From an uncultured Methanosarcinales archaeon (GTDB lineage Archaea; Nanobdellota; Nanobdellia; Woesearchaeales; JACJVW01), in the NCBI GenBank assembly GCA_964473285.1, contig CAYYOI010000002.1:1-62277 (forward strand): 62,277 bases of DNA, written 5' to 3'. Of the stretch, positions 45,393-53,899 are shown piece after piece. The translations under genes and the position numbers were made by a program. Within the stretch, counting starts at the first letter, position 1. Every line of letters starts with the position of its first letter. The notes beneath the pieces are model-generated. The model searched no databases. It worked only from the letters and a program-made list of their open reading frames with translations, and was not told where the DNA came from.

Positions 45393-46369
45393 TTTTGTCT
45401 CGAAATTACACTGATTTGTTTGAGTGCGGGTGCGCTCAGGGGAATCTTTGTTGGCCTTACGCCAAAAGTCATCTGTATGAGGCGCTTTGAGGGTCCTGGA
45501 ACTGAACCTTTCACCAGCACATAATCGTTTTTCACAAGCCCGTATCGCACGAACCCGCCTGCAGGGTTAACCCTGGAAAAGTCATTTGATACATCAAGTA
45601 CCCATTTATTATAATCAATTCGCTGCTGGAATCCTGTCTGACCTGAAAAAGGATTCCTATACATCATATGCCCCTGTGCTTTCCAACCACCACTGATGGA
45701 ACCAGGACCACGCTTGGTCTTCTCTGACTTCTTGGCCCGGATACTTATTCCGAAACGCTTGACAGGACCCTGGGTGCCTTTTCCTTTGGTTATTGAATGG
45801 ATGTCAACAACATCGCCGGAACTTATGACGTCTGTGAGCTTGATTTCCTTTCCAAAATGCTCTTTTGCAAAGGCAAGCTGATCCTCAAGAGAACCGCTTA
45901 CTGCAAGCTCGAATATTTCAGGTTTTTTCTTGCCTATACCAGTCATACCTGGCTGTGTATATACCAAAAGGCGCAAATCATTGTGCTCAGGTACATTAAG
46001 CTGGGTTTCCTTTTTTGGAACCCTTACCTTGCGCTTGAGATTCTTATCATTTATCTTTGCGACGCTTTCTCCAACAACCTTTTGGTTGCCAAGATCATCG
46101 CTGTTATAGAACCTGACTCCATAGACCTTAAGAGGAGGGCATTCGATGATTGTCACAGGGACTGATACATCCATCCCTTTTGTACGGGAGGTCTTATGCT
46201 GATCGTTATAGAGAACATGAGTCATGCCTACTTTATATCCTGCAAACCCACATAATTTAGTCTCTTTCTTGACCCTTGGATGGGAGCGCAGACGGGCGTA
46301 AGCTCGTTTGGCCCTTGACCTTGGCCAATACTGCATTGATCCGCTTCTTGGATTCCTTTTATTTGGCAT
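45389..46369 (-). CDS. rpl3: ribosomal protein uL3 (first gene of the ribosomal superoperon)
   Basis: PRSGSMQYWPR..FAGYKVGMTHV..TKGKGTQGP. SD-like GAGGA lies 9 nt upstream of the ATG. Confidence 0.95.
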   Translation of the reverse strand: MPNKRNPRSGSMQYWPRSRAKRAYARLRSHPRVKKETKLCGFAGYKVGMTHVLYNDQHKTSRTKGMDVSVPVTIIECPPLKVYGVRFYNSDDLGNQKVVGESVAKINDKNLKRKVRVPKKETQLNVPEHNDLRLLVYTQPGMTGIGKKKPEIFELAVSGSLEDQLAFAKEHFGKEIKLTDVISSGDVVDIHSITKGKGTQGPVKRFGISIRAKKSEKTKRGPGSISGGWKAQGHMMYRNPFSGQTGFQQRIDYNKWVLDVSNDFSRVNPAGGFVRYGLVKNDYVLVKGSVPGPSKRLIQMTFGVRPTKIPLSAPALKQISVISRQK

Positions 46370-46546
46370 TTTTAGATTCCTCTAGCTATCAGAGGTTTGT
46401 TTATGTCTAAATGACCTTTTGCGGGGTTTTCCATCAGAACCAGGAAGGTACTGAAAAACGCCTTATCAGGTCGGTCATTTGCTCAAGGTTAATGATATTT
46501 AACCTCTATCTTATTCAGTGGAACTTGGACCTCTTTATAAATATTT

Positions 46547-48037
46547 TTATTTTTTGGAATCTGATGAATAGAGAACCTTTCTTTTGGTATAGTTAACAGG
46601 GTTCTTGATGCTCTTACAAACAGTGTCAGGAGTGCAGAGATGCAGATCCTTGTAGTAGGCATGATTTGAACAATTGGGAGGCATTATGCGTCGTGATTTG
46701 TGATAGCGGAGGTGAGAGACCACCATGTTCTCTCTGAGTGGCTCAGGGTTGTTCTTATTCCACTCCCTTATACGTTCCTCTATGTCATCATAGGACCATC
46801 CGACATTCTGGAGGAAATTGACAAGGACAAAAAGGCATCGTTTCTTTCCATCTGATACACCTTTGAGAAGATTATGTATGCAAGGAGGAAACAATTCTTC
46901 AGGAGCTTTTTCCATGAGTTCCTGGTAGTTTTGTTCTGATTTCATCTGAGCTTTCAGTTCCTCCCTTTGTAGCCGGCGTACTTGTTCCGGGTCCTCGGTA
47001 ATTTTCTTGAAAAGGGATTCTGCCTGCTCACTACCAGGTTCAAGGAAGTGCTTGACTTCAGTTATCTTGTCAGGATGAGCATTCTCTTTCTCGAATGAGA
47101 GTATATCTTCCACTGGAACGGGGACACTTGCAAGACCGGATTTCTCATGCAATGAGTAAACACTGCGATATAGGTGTCGTGAGGACAAGAGAAGCGTGTC
47201 AACATCAATAACTGATAAAGGATTGAATTTCTTGTAGCTTGTCTTTGAACCACAAGAACACAATGGCTTTTTCTCCTCGAAGCGATCCATCATCTTGTTG
47301 CACTTTTCGCATACCTGGAAATCATCTTCTGATATGATTGATGACTGGCAGACAGGGCAGACAAACCGATAACCTGATTGTGTATTCTTCTCAACCGGCT
47401 TGTGGCATTCAGTGCAAAGCTCCAGGACAACATCCTTGTCTGTTATTTCCTTAAGTTTCTCTAATGTATAGGTGAGCTTATCTGCAAAAGCTACGGTATT
47501 ATCCTTGATGGTAATGTAGTTCGTATTGATATAATCAATCAGGTATGTTGCCAGTTTCTTTGGTAGATCAGGAAAAAGTGCACGAGTGGACTGGTTACCG
47601 AAATACTTAGGAAAAGTCTCAAAAGGAACGCCAATATGAAAACCTTTGTTGCCTGAGAACTTGACGTCAAAACGGTATATACCAAAGTCCTGAAGGGTTC
47701 TTGCAATAAGGAATGTTGCGATGCGGGAGATGTTCCAGTCTGTGCTGTCTATGTCTATCACAAGGTCCCAGCCTGAGCGCAGATCATCCATTGTCTCCTT
47801 TTTGAGGCCTGTATTGAGTTGCTGGACATCTTTCCAGCGCTCCTCTGAGATGTGAAAAGAGGTAACACCTTTCTTTGCAAAATCAAGAACTTCTGCAGGG
47901 TAAGTGAGCACTTCAGGACGCTTTCCAAATCCCTTATCCCCAAACTTGACAGCTACCTCGCGTCCCCGGGCATTCTCAACTATAGCTTTTTGAACCTCGG
48001 GTCTTTTGTAATGACGAAGGCAGGTTGCAAAGTCCAT
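46547..48037 (-). CDS. priS: fused archaeo-eukaryotic primase: PriS catalytic domain plus PriL-CTD-like Fe-S domain
   Basis: PriS motifs DLVIDIDS (I), FSGNKGFHIGV (II) and D..HLYRSVYSLHEKSGL (III), with two CxxC..CxxC zinc knuckles (208-262). C-terminal 380-496: FPPCIHNLLKG..KKRCLFVLVNFLQNVGW..PPNC..LC..VCKSIKNPVNY resembles the PriL C-terminal domain. Confidence 0.8.
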   Translation of the reverse strand: MDFATCLRHYKRPEVQKAIVENARGREVAVKFGDKGFGKRPEVLTYPAEVLDFAKKGVTSFHISEERWKDVQQLNTGLKKETMDDLRSGWDLVIDIDSTDWNISRIATFLIARTLQDFGIYRFDVKFSGNKGFHIGVPFETFPKYFGNQSTRALFPDLPKKLATYLIDYINTNYITIKDNTVAFADKLTYTLEKLKEITDKDVVLELCTECHKPVEKNTQSGYRFVCPVCQSSIISEDDFQVCEKCNKMMDRFEEKKPLCSCGSKTSYKKFNPLSVIDVDTLLLSSRHLYRSVYSLHEKSGLASVPVPVEDILSFEKENAHPDKITEVKHFLEPGSEQAESLFKKITEDPEQVRRLQREELKAQMKSEQNYQELMEKAPEELFPPCIHNLLKGVSDGKKRCLFVLVNFLQNVGWSYDDIEERIREWNKNNPEPLRENMVVSHLRYHKSRRIMPPNCSNHAYYKDLHLCTPDTVCKSIKNPVNYTKRKVLYSSDSKK

Positions 48038-48069
48038 AATAGCAAGAATTTCAATGAACTATAATAAAC

Positions 48070-48492
48070 TTATTCTAATCTTAGTCTATTCACATACAAA
48101 GGATGTACTGTTTGGATATCCAGAAAATCGTTCTTATAGGTTTCAAAAGGATGATAAGGCCTGTCTATTATATGAACAGGAAGATCATTAATCTCAAGTG
48201 ATTCTATCCTGGAGGTGAGATGATCTATTACATCCGAAGGGAGATAATCTTCACCCCAAAGGTATATATCCATATCTTCTGGTTTTCTTTTATAGTAATC
48301 TTTGCCTTTAATTTCAACCAGGCTACCTATAAGATAAGCTGCGTTTATTTCCTGATTCACTTCACAAATCTCGCGTATAATTTGTTCCTGGCCGAGCAAC
48401 TGATCATCCTGCCAATAGTGGTTCGCCTTTTTTGGTTCCAGAAAAGATAAGGATAACAAAGGTTTCATATAGTTGGAGAATCGAAAACTCAT
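48070..48492 (-). CDS. minimal nucleotidyltransferase-fold protein (tentative)
   Basis: AAYLIGSLVEIKG...PEDMDIYLW fits the GS...D.D pattern of pol-beta-type NTases. Confidence 0.35.
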   Translation of the reverse strand: MSFRFSNYMKPLLSLSFLEPKKANHYWQDDQLLGQEQIIREICEVNQEINAAYLIGSLVEIKGKDYYKRKPEDMDIYLWGEDYLPSDVIDHLTSRIESLEINDLPVHIIDRPYHPFETYKNDFLDIQTVHPLYVNRLRLE

Positions 48493-48509
48493 TATAAATT
48501 TAAGGGAAA

Positions 48510-49370
48510 ATGAACATACAAGAGATTTTTGAGGGATATAAAGTACTTGAGACAGAACATATCAAGACTTATTCCAATAAGGTCTTCAGGGTAAAGACAG
48601 ACAAGGGCAACTTTTTTTTGAAGATTTTTGATGACGAGAATGAGGCATACAAGCTATCAAAACTTTATCCTATGCTTCTAGAAAGGGGAGTTCCTGTACC
48701 AGAAGTGAGACATTATCATAAAAATCATCTTGTCATGTCAGAAGTGCCTGGAAAGATGCTAGTTGAGGCTCTTGCAGGAGAAGAAACCTATCATGAACTG
48801 GGGCTGATAATAACAAGGATACATTCAATAACCTTTGATAGATTCGGAGAGCCTGATACAGGATTTGCAAGATGGAAAGATATGTATAATGAGATTCTGG
48901 ATAAAAGGCTTAAGAAAGTGTTTCCGGATTTGATTGAGCCTATAAGAAACTGGTTTGATAAGAAAATGCACCTTATTGATTATGAAATCACACCAAGATT
49001 AATCCATGAGGACCTTAACAAGAAGAACATATTCATAAAAGATAAACAGATATGCATCATTGATTTTGATGGATCATTTGCCGGGCACAATGAGGAAGAG
49101 CTCATGCGGCTGGAAGGAGTTTTTAATAATAAGGAGATGTGGGCAATCATGGATAGCTACACATCAATAATACCTCTTGATGAAGGATATGAAAAAAGAA
49201 GACCTTTCTATTATCTCTCACGCCTGCTTGTGCATATCGGATGCGTGATTGAGAATGGAACAGATTATGTGGGAGATGTAAAGAAAGAGGAAGAGATCCT
49301 GAGGGAAGAGATCCAAAAGATCCTAAAGGGTAAAAGTATTGCTTTTGACAAGAACGGGCCAAACACATGA
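48510..49370 (+). CDS. aminoglycoside/choline-kinase-like phosphotransferase (APH family)
   Basis: LIHEDLNKKNIFIKD..ICIIDFDGS (HxDxxxxN catalytic loop plus DFD metal site). Confidence 0.7.
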   Translation: MNIQEIFEGYKVLETEHIKTYSNKVFRVKTDKGNFFLKIFDDENEAYKLSKLYPMLLERGVPVPEVRHYHKNHLVMSEVPGKMLVEALAGEETYHELGLIITRIHSITFDRFGEPDTGFARWKDMYNEILDKRLKKVFPDLIEPIRNWFDKKMHLIDYEITPRLIHEDLNKKNIFIKDKQICIIDFDGSFAGHNEEELMRLEGVFNNKEMWAIMDSYTSIIPLDEGYEKRRPFYYLSRLLVHIGCVIENGTDYVGDVKKEEEILREEIQKILKGKSIAFDKNGPNT

Positions 49371-50038
49371 AAAGGACATTAATAATATTGCTGGTATTAC
49401 CATTGCTCATCATATTTATCAGTAGAGAATTTTTTCCATCAACTTATGTGTTTTCCTCTTTATACAAGATCATATTTCTTTTTCCAATTGCATACAGGAT
49501 CTTTTCAGGGAAGAAAGTCAAAGAGGCTATCTCAAAGCACTTCTTAATCAAAACATTAAGGAGGAATATATTGCATGTGACAGGGATTGGTTTGCTCCTC
49601 TCAGGAACATATATAGGTGCTTTTTACGTAGCAAAAGGAATGATTCCTATGGAAGAAATTGCTTCCAGATTACATGAGACCATATCACTTGATGGGACAA
49701 GCATAATCTTTGTTGGTGTTTATATCATAGTATTGAATTCCTTATTAGAAGAGTTTTTCTGGAGGGGTTTTTTGTTTGATGAGTTCAGGAAGAGTTTTCC
49801 ATATTGGGTATCCCACCTTGCAACAGGGGTGGGATTTTCGCTTCATCATGTGGTATTCTATTACAACTGGTTTAGTGTTCCGGTTTTTTTAGTAGTCACG
49901 CTTGGCTTGATAGGTTATGCAATCATAATGAACATGGTATTCCAAAGATATGGTGATCTGTTCTCTTGCTGGGTCATCCATGCATTTGCTGATGTGGCAC
50001 AGATTTATATCGCTTTCACTGTTTTTGGAGTAATATGA
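49367..50038 (+). CDS. CPBP-family (CAAX-type) intramembrane metalloprotease
   Basis: EEFFWRGFLF (EExxxR), FSLHHVVFY and WVIHAFAD motifs in TM helices. Confidence 0.75.
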   Translation: MKRTLIILLVLPLLIIFISREFFPSTYVFSSLYKIIFLFPIAYRIFSGKKVKEAISKHFLIKTLRRNILHVTGIGLLLSGTYIGAFYVAKGMIPMEEIASRLHETISLDGTSIIFVGVYIIVLNSLLEEFFWRGFLFDEFRKSFPYWVSHLATGVGFSLHHVVFYYNWFSVPVFLVVTLGLIGYAIIMNMVFQRYGDLFSCWVIHAFADVAQIYIAFTVFGVI

Positions 50039-50074
50039 AAAGGAATTTAAACCATATCATATTCCTGAAAGTCC

Positions 50075-50398
50075 ATGTATCAATATGAAATGTTAAGCAA
50101 AGAGGCCAGGAGAAACCTGGAGAGGTATGAGGTGCTTGATGCATTATCTGATCCAAACCTTAGGATAATGAATTGCAATGAAAGGCTTGATCTGGAAGGG
50201 GAGTATGCTTTTAAGAAGATAGGGATGATTAAGGATCTTATCGAGGATACAGCCAACCCTTTCTATAAAACACCAGGATTAAGAGAGTCTCTTTCAGGAC
50301 TGCAGGATCTTATGATAGGTAGAAGGATGGGAAATGAGATGTATAATTATATAACAGATACAGCCATAAGCAAGATCCTGGAGGATTACGCTATCTAA
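50075..50398 (+). CDS. hypothetical protein
   Basis: 107-aa ORF without overlapping competitors on the same stretch. No recognisable motif. Confidence 0.45.
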   Translation: MYQYEMLSKEARRNLERYEVLDALSDPNLRIMNCNERLDLEGEYAFKKIGMIKDLIEDTANPFYKTPGLRESLSGLQDLMIGRRMGNEMYNYITDTAISKILEDYAI

Positions 50399-50804
50399 GT
50401 TTCTTTTTCAGGCATACTGTATCTTCTTCCTGATAATCTTGTTTTATATAAAATGGAACTACCTCTTTTTTTGTACAAAGAGAGATGCTCTCTGCAGAGA
50501 TTTGCCTGGCGTATTTCTCAACTTTTTGCATGAGTGCGGTTCCAATCCCTTCAGATCTTCTTTTGACTGCGAGATCCTCGATTATCACAACAGGACCTTC
50601 CCACCATTGCTCTACTTTGAAGATTATCAAGCCAAGGATCTCGTTTTCACAGAAAACAAAGAAATTACCAATCCTAAAATAGAACTCAACACTTTTCCTT
50701 ATGGATTCAAGGCTTTCTTTCTCATTGAAAGGAGGCTCAGAAAAGACATCCTGAAGTAAGGAGACTATCTCTTCCTTATCATCCTCGTTTGCTAACCTGA
50801 TCAT
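50391..50804 (-). CDS. GNAT-family N-acetyltransferase
   Basis: IIEDLAVKRRSEGIGTALMQKVEKYA matches the acetyl-CoA binding motif A (R/Q-x-x-G-x-G/A). Confidence 0.75.
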   Translation of the reverse strand: MIRLANEDDKEEIVSLLQDVFSEPPFNEKESLESIRKSVEFYFRIGNFFVFCENEILGLIIFKVEQWWEGPVVIIEDLAVKRRSEGIGTALMQKVEKYARQISAESISLCTKKEVVPFYIKQDYQEEDTVCLKKKLR

Positions 50805-50876
50805 GAAAGGTATTTGGCAATCCTTATATTTTTATCTTTACAAAAATATTTAAATGGAAGAAAACTTAGGGGCTAT

Positions 50877-51791
50877 ATGAATTTTGTTAACAGGAGCCTT
50901 ATCTCAATCACTGATTTCTCAAAGGATGAATGGCTTCGTGTATTAGAGATTGCAGAAGATTTTGAAAAATCTCCAAGTCAAGATCTTCTTTCAGGAAAGA
51001 TTGTTGGAACTTTGTTCTTTGAGCCTTCCACCAGGACAAGATTGAGTTTTGAGAGTGCAGTGCTTCGATTGAACGGCAGGATAACCGGCTTTTCTGATTC
51101 ATCAACTTCAAGTGTGCGAAAGGGTGAAAGCCTGCATGATACCATAAATACAGTAGAGAAATATTGTGATCTTATAGTAATGCGCCATCCTCTTGATGGC
51201 AGTGCGAGGTATGCCTCAGAGATTTCAAGTGTTCCTATAATCAATGCCGGCGATGGTTCAAACCAACATCCGACACAGACATTGCTTGACTTGTATTCAA
51301 TAAAAAAGACACAAGGCACCCTTGAAAATCTAAAGGTTGTGCTTGTAGGAGATCTGAAATATGGCAGGACTGTCCATTCCCTAGTGCAGGCTTTGAGTGA
51401 GTTCAACTGCACATTCTTTTTTGTCTCACCTAAAGAGCTTCAAATGCCCCGCAGTATACTGCATGATCTTGACAAGCGAGGCATGATTTATGAGGAGAAA
51501 GAAGATTTGCAGGAGGTTATTCCTGATGCTGATGTGCTTTATATGACGCGTATACAAAAGGAAAGATTCTCTGATCCAATGGAATACGAGAATGTGAAGG
51601 ATGCATACATACTCAAGAGAGAGATGATTACCCAAACAAAATCAAACCTGAAAATAATGCATCCTCTTCCCAGGGTAAATGAGATAGAACAATCTGTCGA
51701 TGAACTTGATTCAGCATATTATTTTGAACAGGCGCAAAATGGAGTGTATGTCAGACAGGCATTGATAAGCCTGATATTAGGGGTAAAATGA
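50877..51791 (+). CDS. pyrB: aspartate carbamoyltransferase catalytic subunit
   Basis: FFEPSTRTRLSFE, HPTQ, HPLPR. ATG 50877 is preferred over track start 50814. Confidence 0.92.
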   Translation: MNFVNRSLISITDFSKDEWLRVLEIAEDFEKSPSQDLLSGKIVGTLFFEPSTRTRLSFESAVLRLNGRITGFSDSSTSSVRKGESLHDTINTVEKYCDLIVMRHPLDGSARYASEISSVPIINAGDGSNQHPTQTLLDLYSIKKTQGTLENLKVVLVGDLKYGRTVHSLVQALSEFNCTFFFVSPKELQMPRSILHDLDKRGMIYEEKEDLQEVIPDADVLYMTRIQKERFSDPMEYENVKDAYILKREMITQTKSNLKIMHPLPRVNEIEQSVDELDSAYYFEQAQNGVYVRQALISLILGVK

Positions 51792-52228
51792 AAGAGTTAC
51801 GGGTAAATGCAATCAAGGAAGGTACAGTCATCGATCATATATCTCCAGGTTCTGCATTCAAAATTCTCAAGATCCTGGACCTAAAGGGACTGGAACATGA
51901 AATATTGTTCGGCAATAATCTTCCCAGCAAGCACGGTAAAAAAGCAATATTGAAGATTTCGGAGAAGTTCTGCACTGAAGAAGAGATCAATAAGATAGCC
52001 ATTCTTTCACCAACCGCAACATTGAATATCATACGAGACTATAATGTTGAAGAGAAAAAACAAGTAAAGATTCCTGACAAATTAAACGGAATCGCAAGAT
52101 GCGCGAATCCGAACTGTATCACTAACAATGATTCAGTCCCTCAAAGATTTGATATTGTAGACAAAAAAGAGATACATCTTAAATGCTTTTATTGTGAAAG
52201 AATTACGAGACATGTTGTTCTTGAATGA
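51788..52228 (+). CDS. pyrI: aspartate carbamoyltransferase regulatory subunit
   Basis: KEGTVIDHI.. and the C-terminal zinc domain CANPNCIT...CFYCE. ATGA overlap with pyrB. Confidence 0.9.
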   Translation: MKELRVNAIKEGTVIDHISPGSAFKILKILDLKGLEHEILFGNNLPSKHGKKAILKISEKFCTEEEINKIAILSPTATLNIIRDYNVEEKKQVKIPDKLNGIARCANPNCITNNDSVPQRFDIVDKKEIHLKCFYCERITRHVVLE

Positions 52229-52308
52229 TCTTAAAATTTACAGGGTAGCCGGATAATATTCTGAATTCGTAAGAAAGATATAAAAAAAGTAGGTAGTTGT
52301 TGTATCTC

Positions 52309-52890
52309 ATGAGACTTCTCCTTGTAAGGCATGGGCAAACTTATTCCAATCGTGATGGCCTTATACAGGGCCAGCTTGACACTGAACTTTCAGAGCTCGG
52401 AATAGCGCAGGCAGAGCGTATTGCTGACCGATTGCGAAATCATTCTTTCACAAAAATCTTTTCAAGCGACCTTAAACGGGCAAAGGATACTGCTAAAGCC
52501 ATTGCACCAGATGTTGAGATCATTTATGATGACCGATTGCGGGAAAGGCATTTTGGTGATTTCTCAGGCAAAATCGGTAAAGAGATTGACTGGAGTACGC
52601 TTCAAGGGGAGTTCATTGATCAGGCACCACCAAAAGGGGAAAGCTGGAGGCAGATGATCGTCAGAGTTAAGCAATTTCTTGACGAGCTTGATGGAGAGGG
52701 TGATGTATTAGTGGTATCCCATGGAGGGGTTATCAGGATTCTCCTCCATATAATGCTGAATAGAGATCTTGAAGAGATGGTACATAACAATAAGCCAAAA
52801 AATACTGCATTATATATACTTGAGAAGAAGGGTGAATCGTATATTCCAATACTAGAGAACTGTGATGAACATATTGGTGATATAAAATGA
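52309..52890 (+). CDS. histidine phosphatase (phosphoglycerate mutase-like) family protein
   Basis: LLLVRHGQT (RHG motif), SDLKRA, VVSHGGVIR. TATA-like gatataaaaaaa lies about 28 nt upstream of ATG 52309. Confidence 0.8.
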   Translation: MRLLLVRHGQTYSNRDGLIQGQLDTELSELGIAQAERIADRLRNHSFTKIFSSDLKRAKDTAKAIAPDVEIIYDDRLRERHFGDFSGKIGKEIDWSTLQGEFIDQAPPKGESWRQMIVRVKQFLDELDGEGDVLVVSHGGVIRILLHIMLNRDLEEMVHNNKPKNTALYILEKKGESYIPILENCDEHIGDIK

Positions 52891-53309
52891 AAATCGGCAT
52901 AATCGGGTCAATGCAATTTACAGAAAAGATGATTGAAGTGCGTGATGCATTACGTGAAAAAGGCCATGATGCCTTCGTGACTGATCTGCATGCGGCAATG
53001 ATAGGCAAGAATGATGAAGAGATCGAAGAGATAAAGATACACCAGAAGAACAACATGGATGCCATTCGTGAATTCTGGCACGCAATGCAAGGTGCTGATG
53101 CAGTACTTGTCCTCAATTATGATAAGAATGGGACCAAAAATTATATTGGTGGTAATACGCTGATGGAGATTGGGTTTGCGCATGTACTCAATCAGAAGAT
53201 ATATCTATTGAACCCTATCCCTGAGATGCCTTACTGCAAAACTGAGATTGAAGCAGTCAAGCCAATAATCCTTGATGGAGACCTGAGCAAAATAGTGGAT
53301 AGCTACTGA
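52887..53309 (+). CDS. nucleoside 2-deoxyribosyltransferase-like protein (tentative)
   Basis: MKIGIIGSM.. Rossmann-like start and ..ADAVLVLN....GGNTLMEIGFAHVLNQKIYLL, similar to the E.G.A..gK pattern of that family. ATGA overlap with the upstream gene. Confidence 0.4.
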   Translation: MKIGIIGSMQFTEKMIEVRDALREKGHDAFVTDLHAAMIGKNDEEIEEIKIHQKNNMDAIREFWHAMQGADAVLVLNYDKNGTKNYIGGNTLMEIGFAHVLNQKIYLLNPIPEMPYCKTEIEAVKPIILDGDLSKIVDSY

Positions 53310-53371
53310 TTTCTTAAGAAAAAAATTATAAAAAATTCCCCCTAAGGGGTTGATTTCTTATTAGAATGAAT

Positions 53372-53563
53372 CTATTCCTTGCTAACATTGACTGCTTTTG
53401 GACCTCTGTTGCCCTCTTCGACTTCGAAGTCAACAGCATCATTATCTTGCAAAGTTACTCCTTCTTTGAGACCTGTTAGGTGCACAAAATATTCTTTTCC
53501 ATCTTCGCCGGCTATAAAGCCAAATCCTTTCATATCGTTGAAAAATTTTACGTTTCCTTTCAT
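53372..53563 (-). CDS. csp: cold-shock protein (CspA-type OB fold)
   Basis: MKGNVKFFNDMKGFGFI (RNP1) and YFVH (RNP2). GGAGG lies 8 nt upstream. Confidence 0.9.
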   Translation of the reverse strand: MKGNVKFFNDMKGFGFIAGEDGKEYFVHLTGLKEGVTLQDNDAVDFEVEEGNRGPKAVNVSKE

Positions 53564-53578
53564 TTTACTTCCTCCATT

Positions 53579-53725
53579 TCAACGTCTAAACCGCTTCCTT
53601 GTCGCCTCTATGTCACATGAACCGCAATCTTTGCACATCAGTATTGTTGTGGTCTTGGATTTCTTTCCATGTGAGTAGTTTCTTCTGCTCTTTATGTTTG
53701 TTCCCTTACAGTTCTTGCAATTCAT
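53579..53725 (-). CDS. unannotated 48-aa zinc-ribbon micro-ORF upstream of csp
   Basis: Hand translation: MNCKNCKGTNIKSRRNYSHGKKSKTTTILMCKDCGSCDIEATRKRFRR*. It has CxxC...CxxC, is very basic, and stops 15 nt before the csp ATG. Below the track size cutoff. Confidence 0.45.
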   Translation of the reverse strand: MNCKNCKGTNIKSRRNYSHGKKSKTTTILMCKDCGSCDIEATRKRFRR

Positions 53726-53899
53726 CTTGTAACCCCGAGGAGCCTACGCTTCCCGGAATTCATCTCTAAGAGAACATGGGTCTTAACGTGAAACAGCTTT
53801 TCCTCTCATTGTTTATAATCAGATTTCTGATTACATTAGATGGCAATATCTCTCTCTTTTTAAAACCTTGCATTCGAAATGATTAAATAAACCTAATTT

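Noticed and set aside
46370-46546. 177-nt region upstream of uL3 with the 7-bp inverted repeat aatgacc(46410-46416)/ggtcatt(46474-46480), considered as a possible autoregulatory leader or small RNA.
   Set aside because: Only one short stem could be supported by eye. The inner pairing was not convincing and the small frames there (14-20 aa) look random. It is worth a covariance or conservation check but is not reportable as a feature.
46411-46596. Track ORF 46411..46596(+), 61 aa, in the uL3/primase intergenic region.
   Set aside because: It overlaps the primase 3' end and the promoter region of the ribosomal operon. It has no start context or motif, so it is likely spurious.
53339-53350. cccc-taa-gggg mini-hairpin between convergent genes, considered as a terminator.
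   Set aside because: The stem is only 4 bp. Archaeal termination is better explained here by the flanking T/A tracts.
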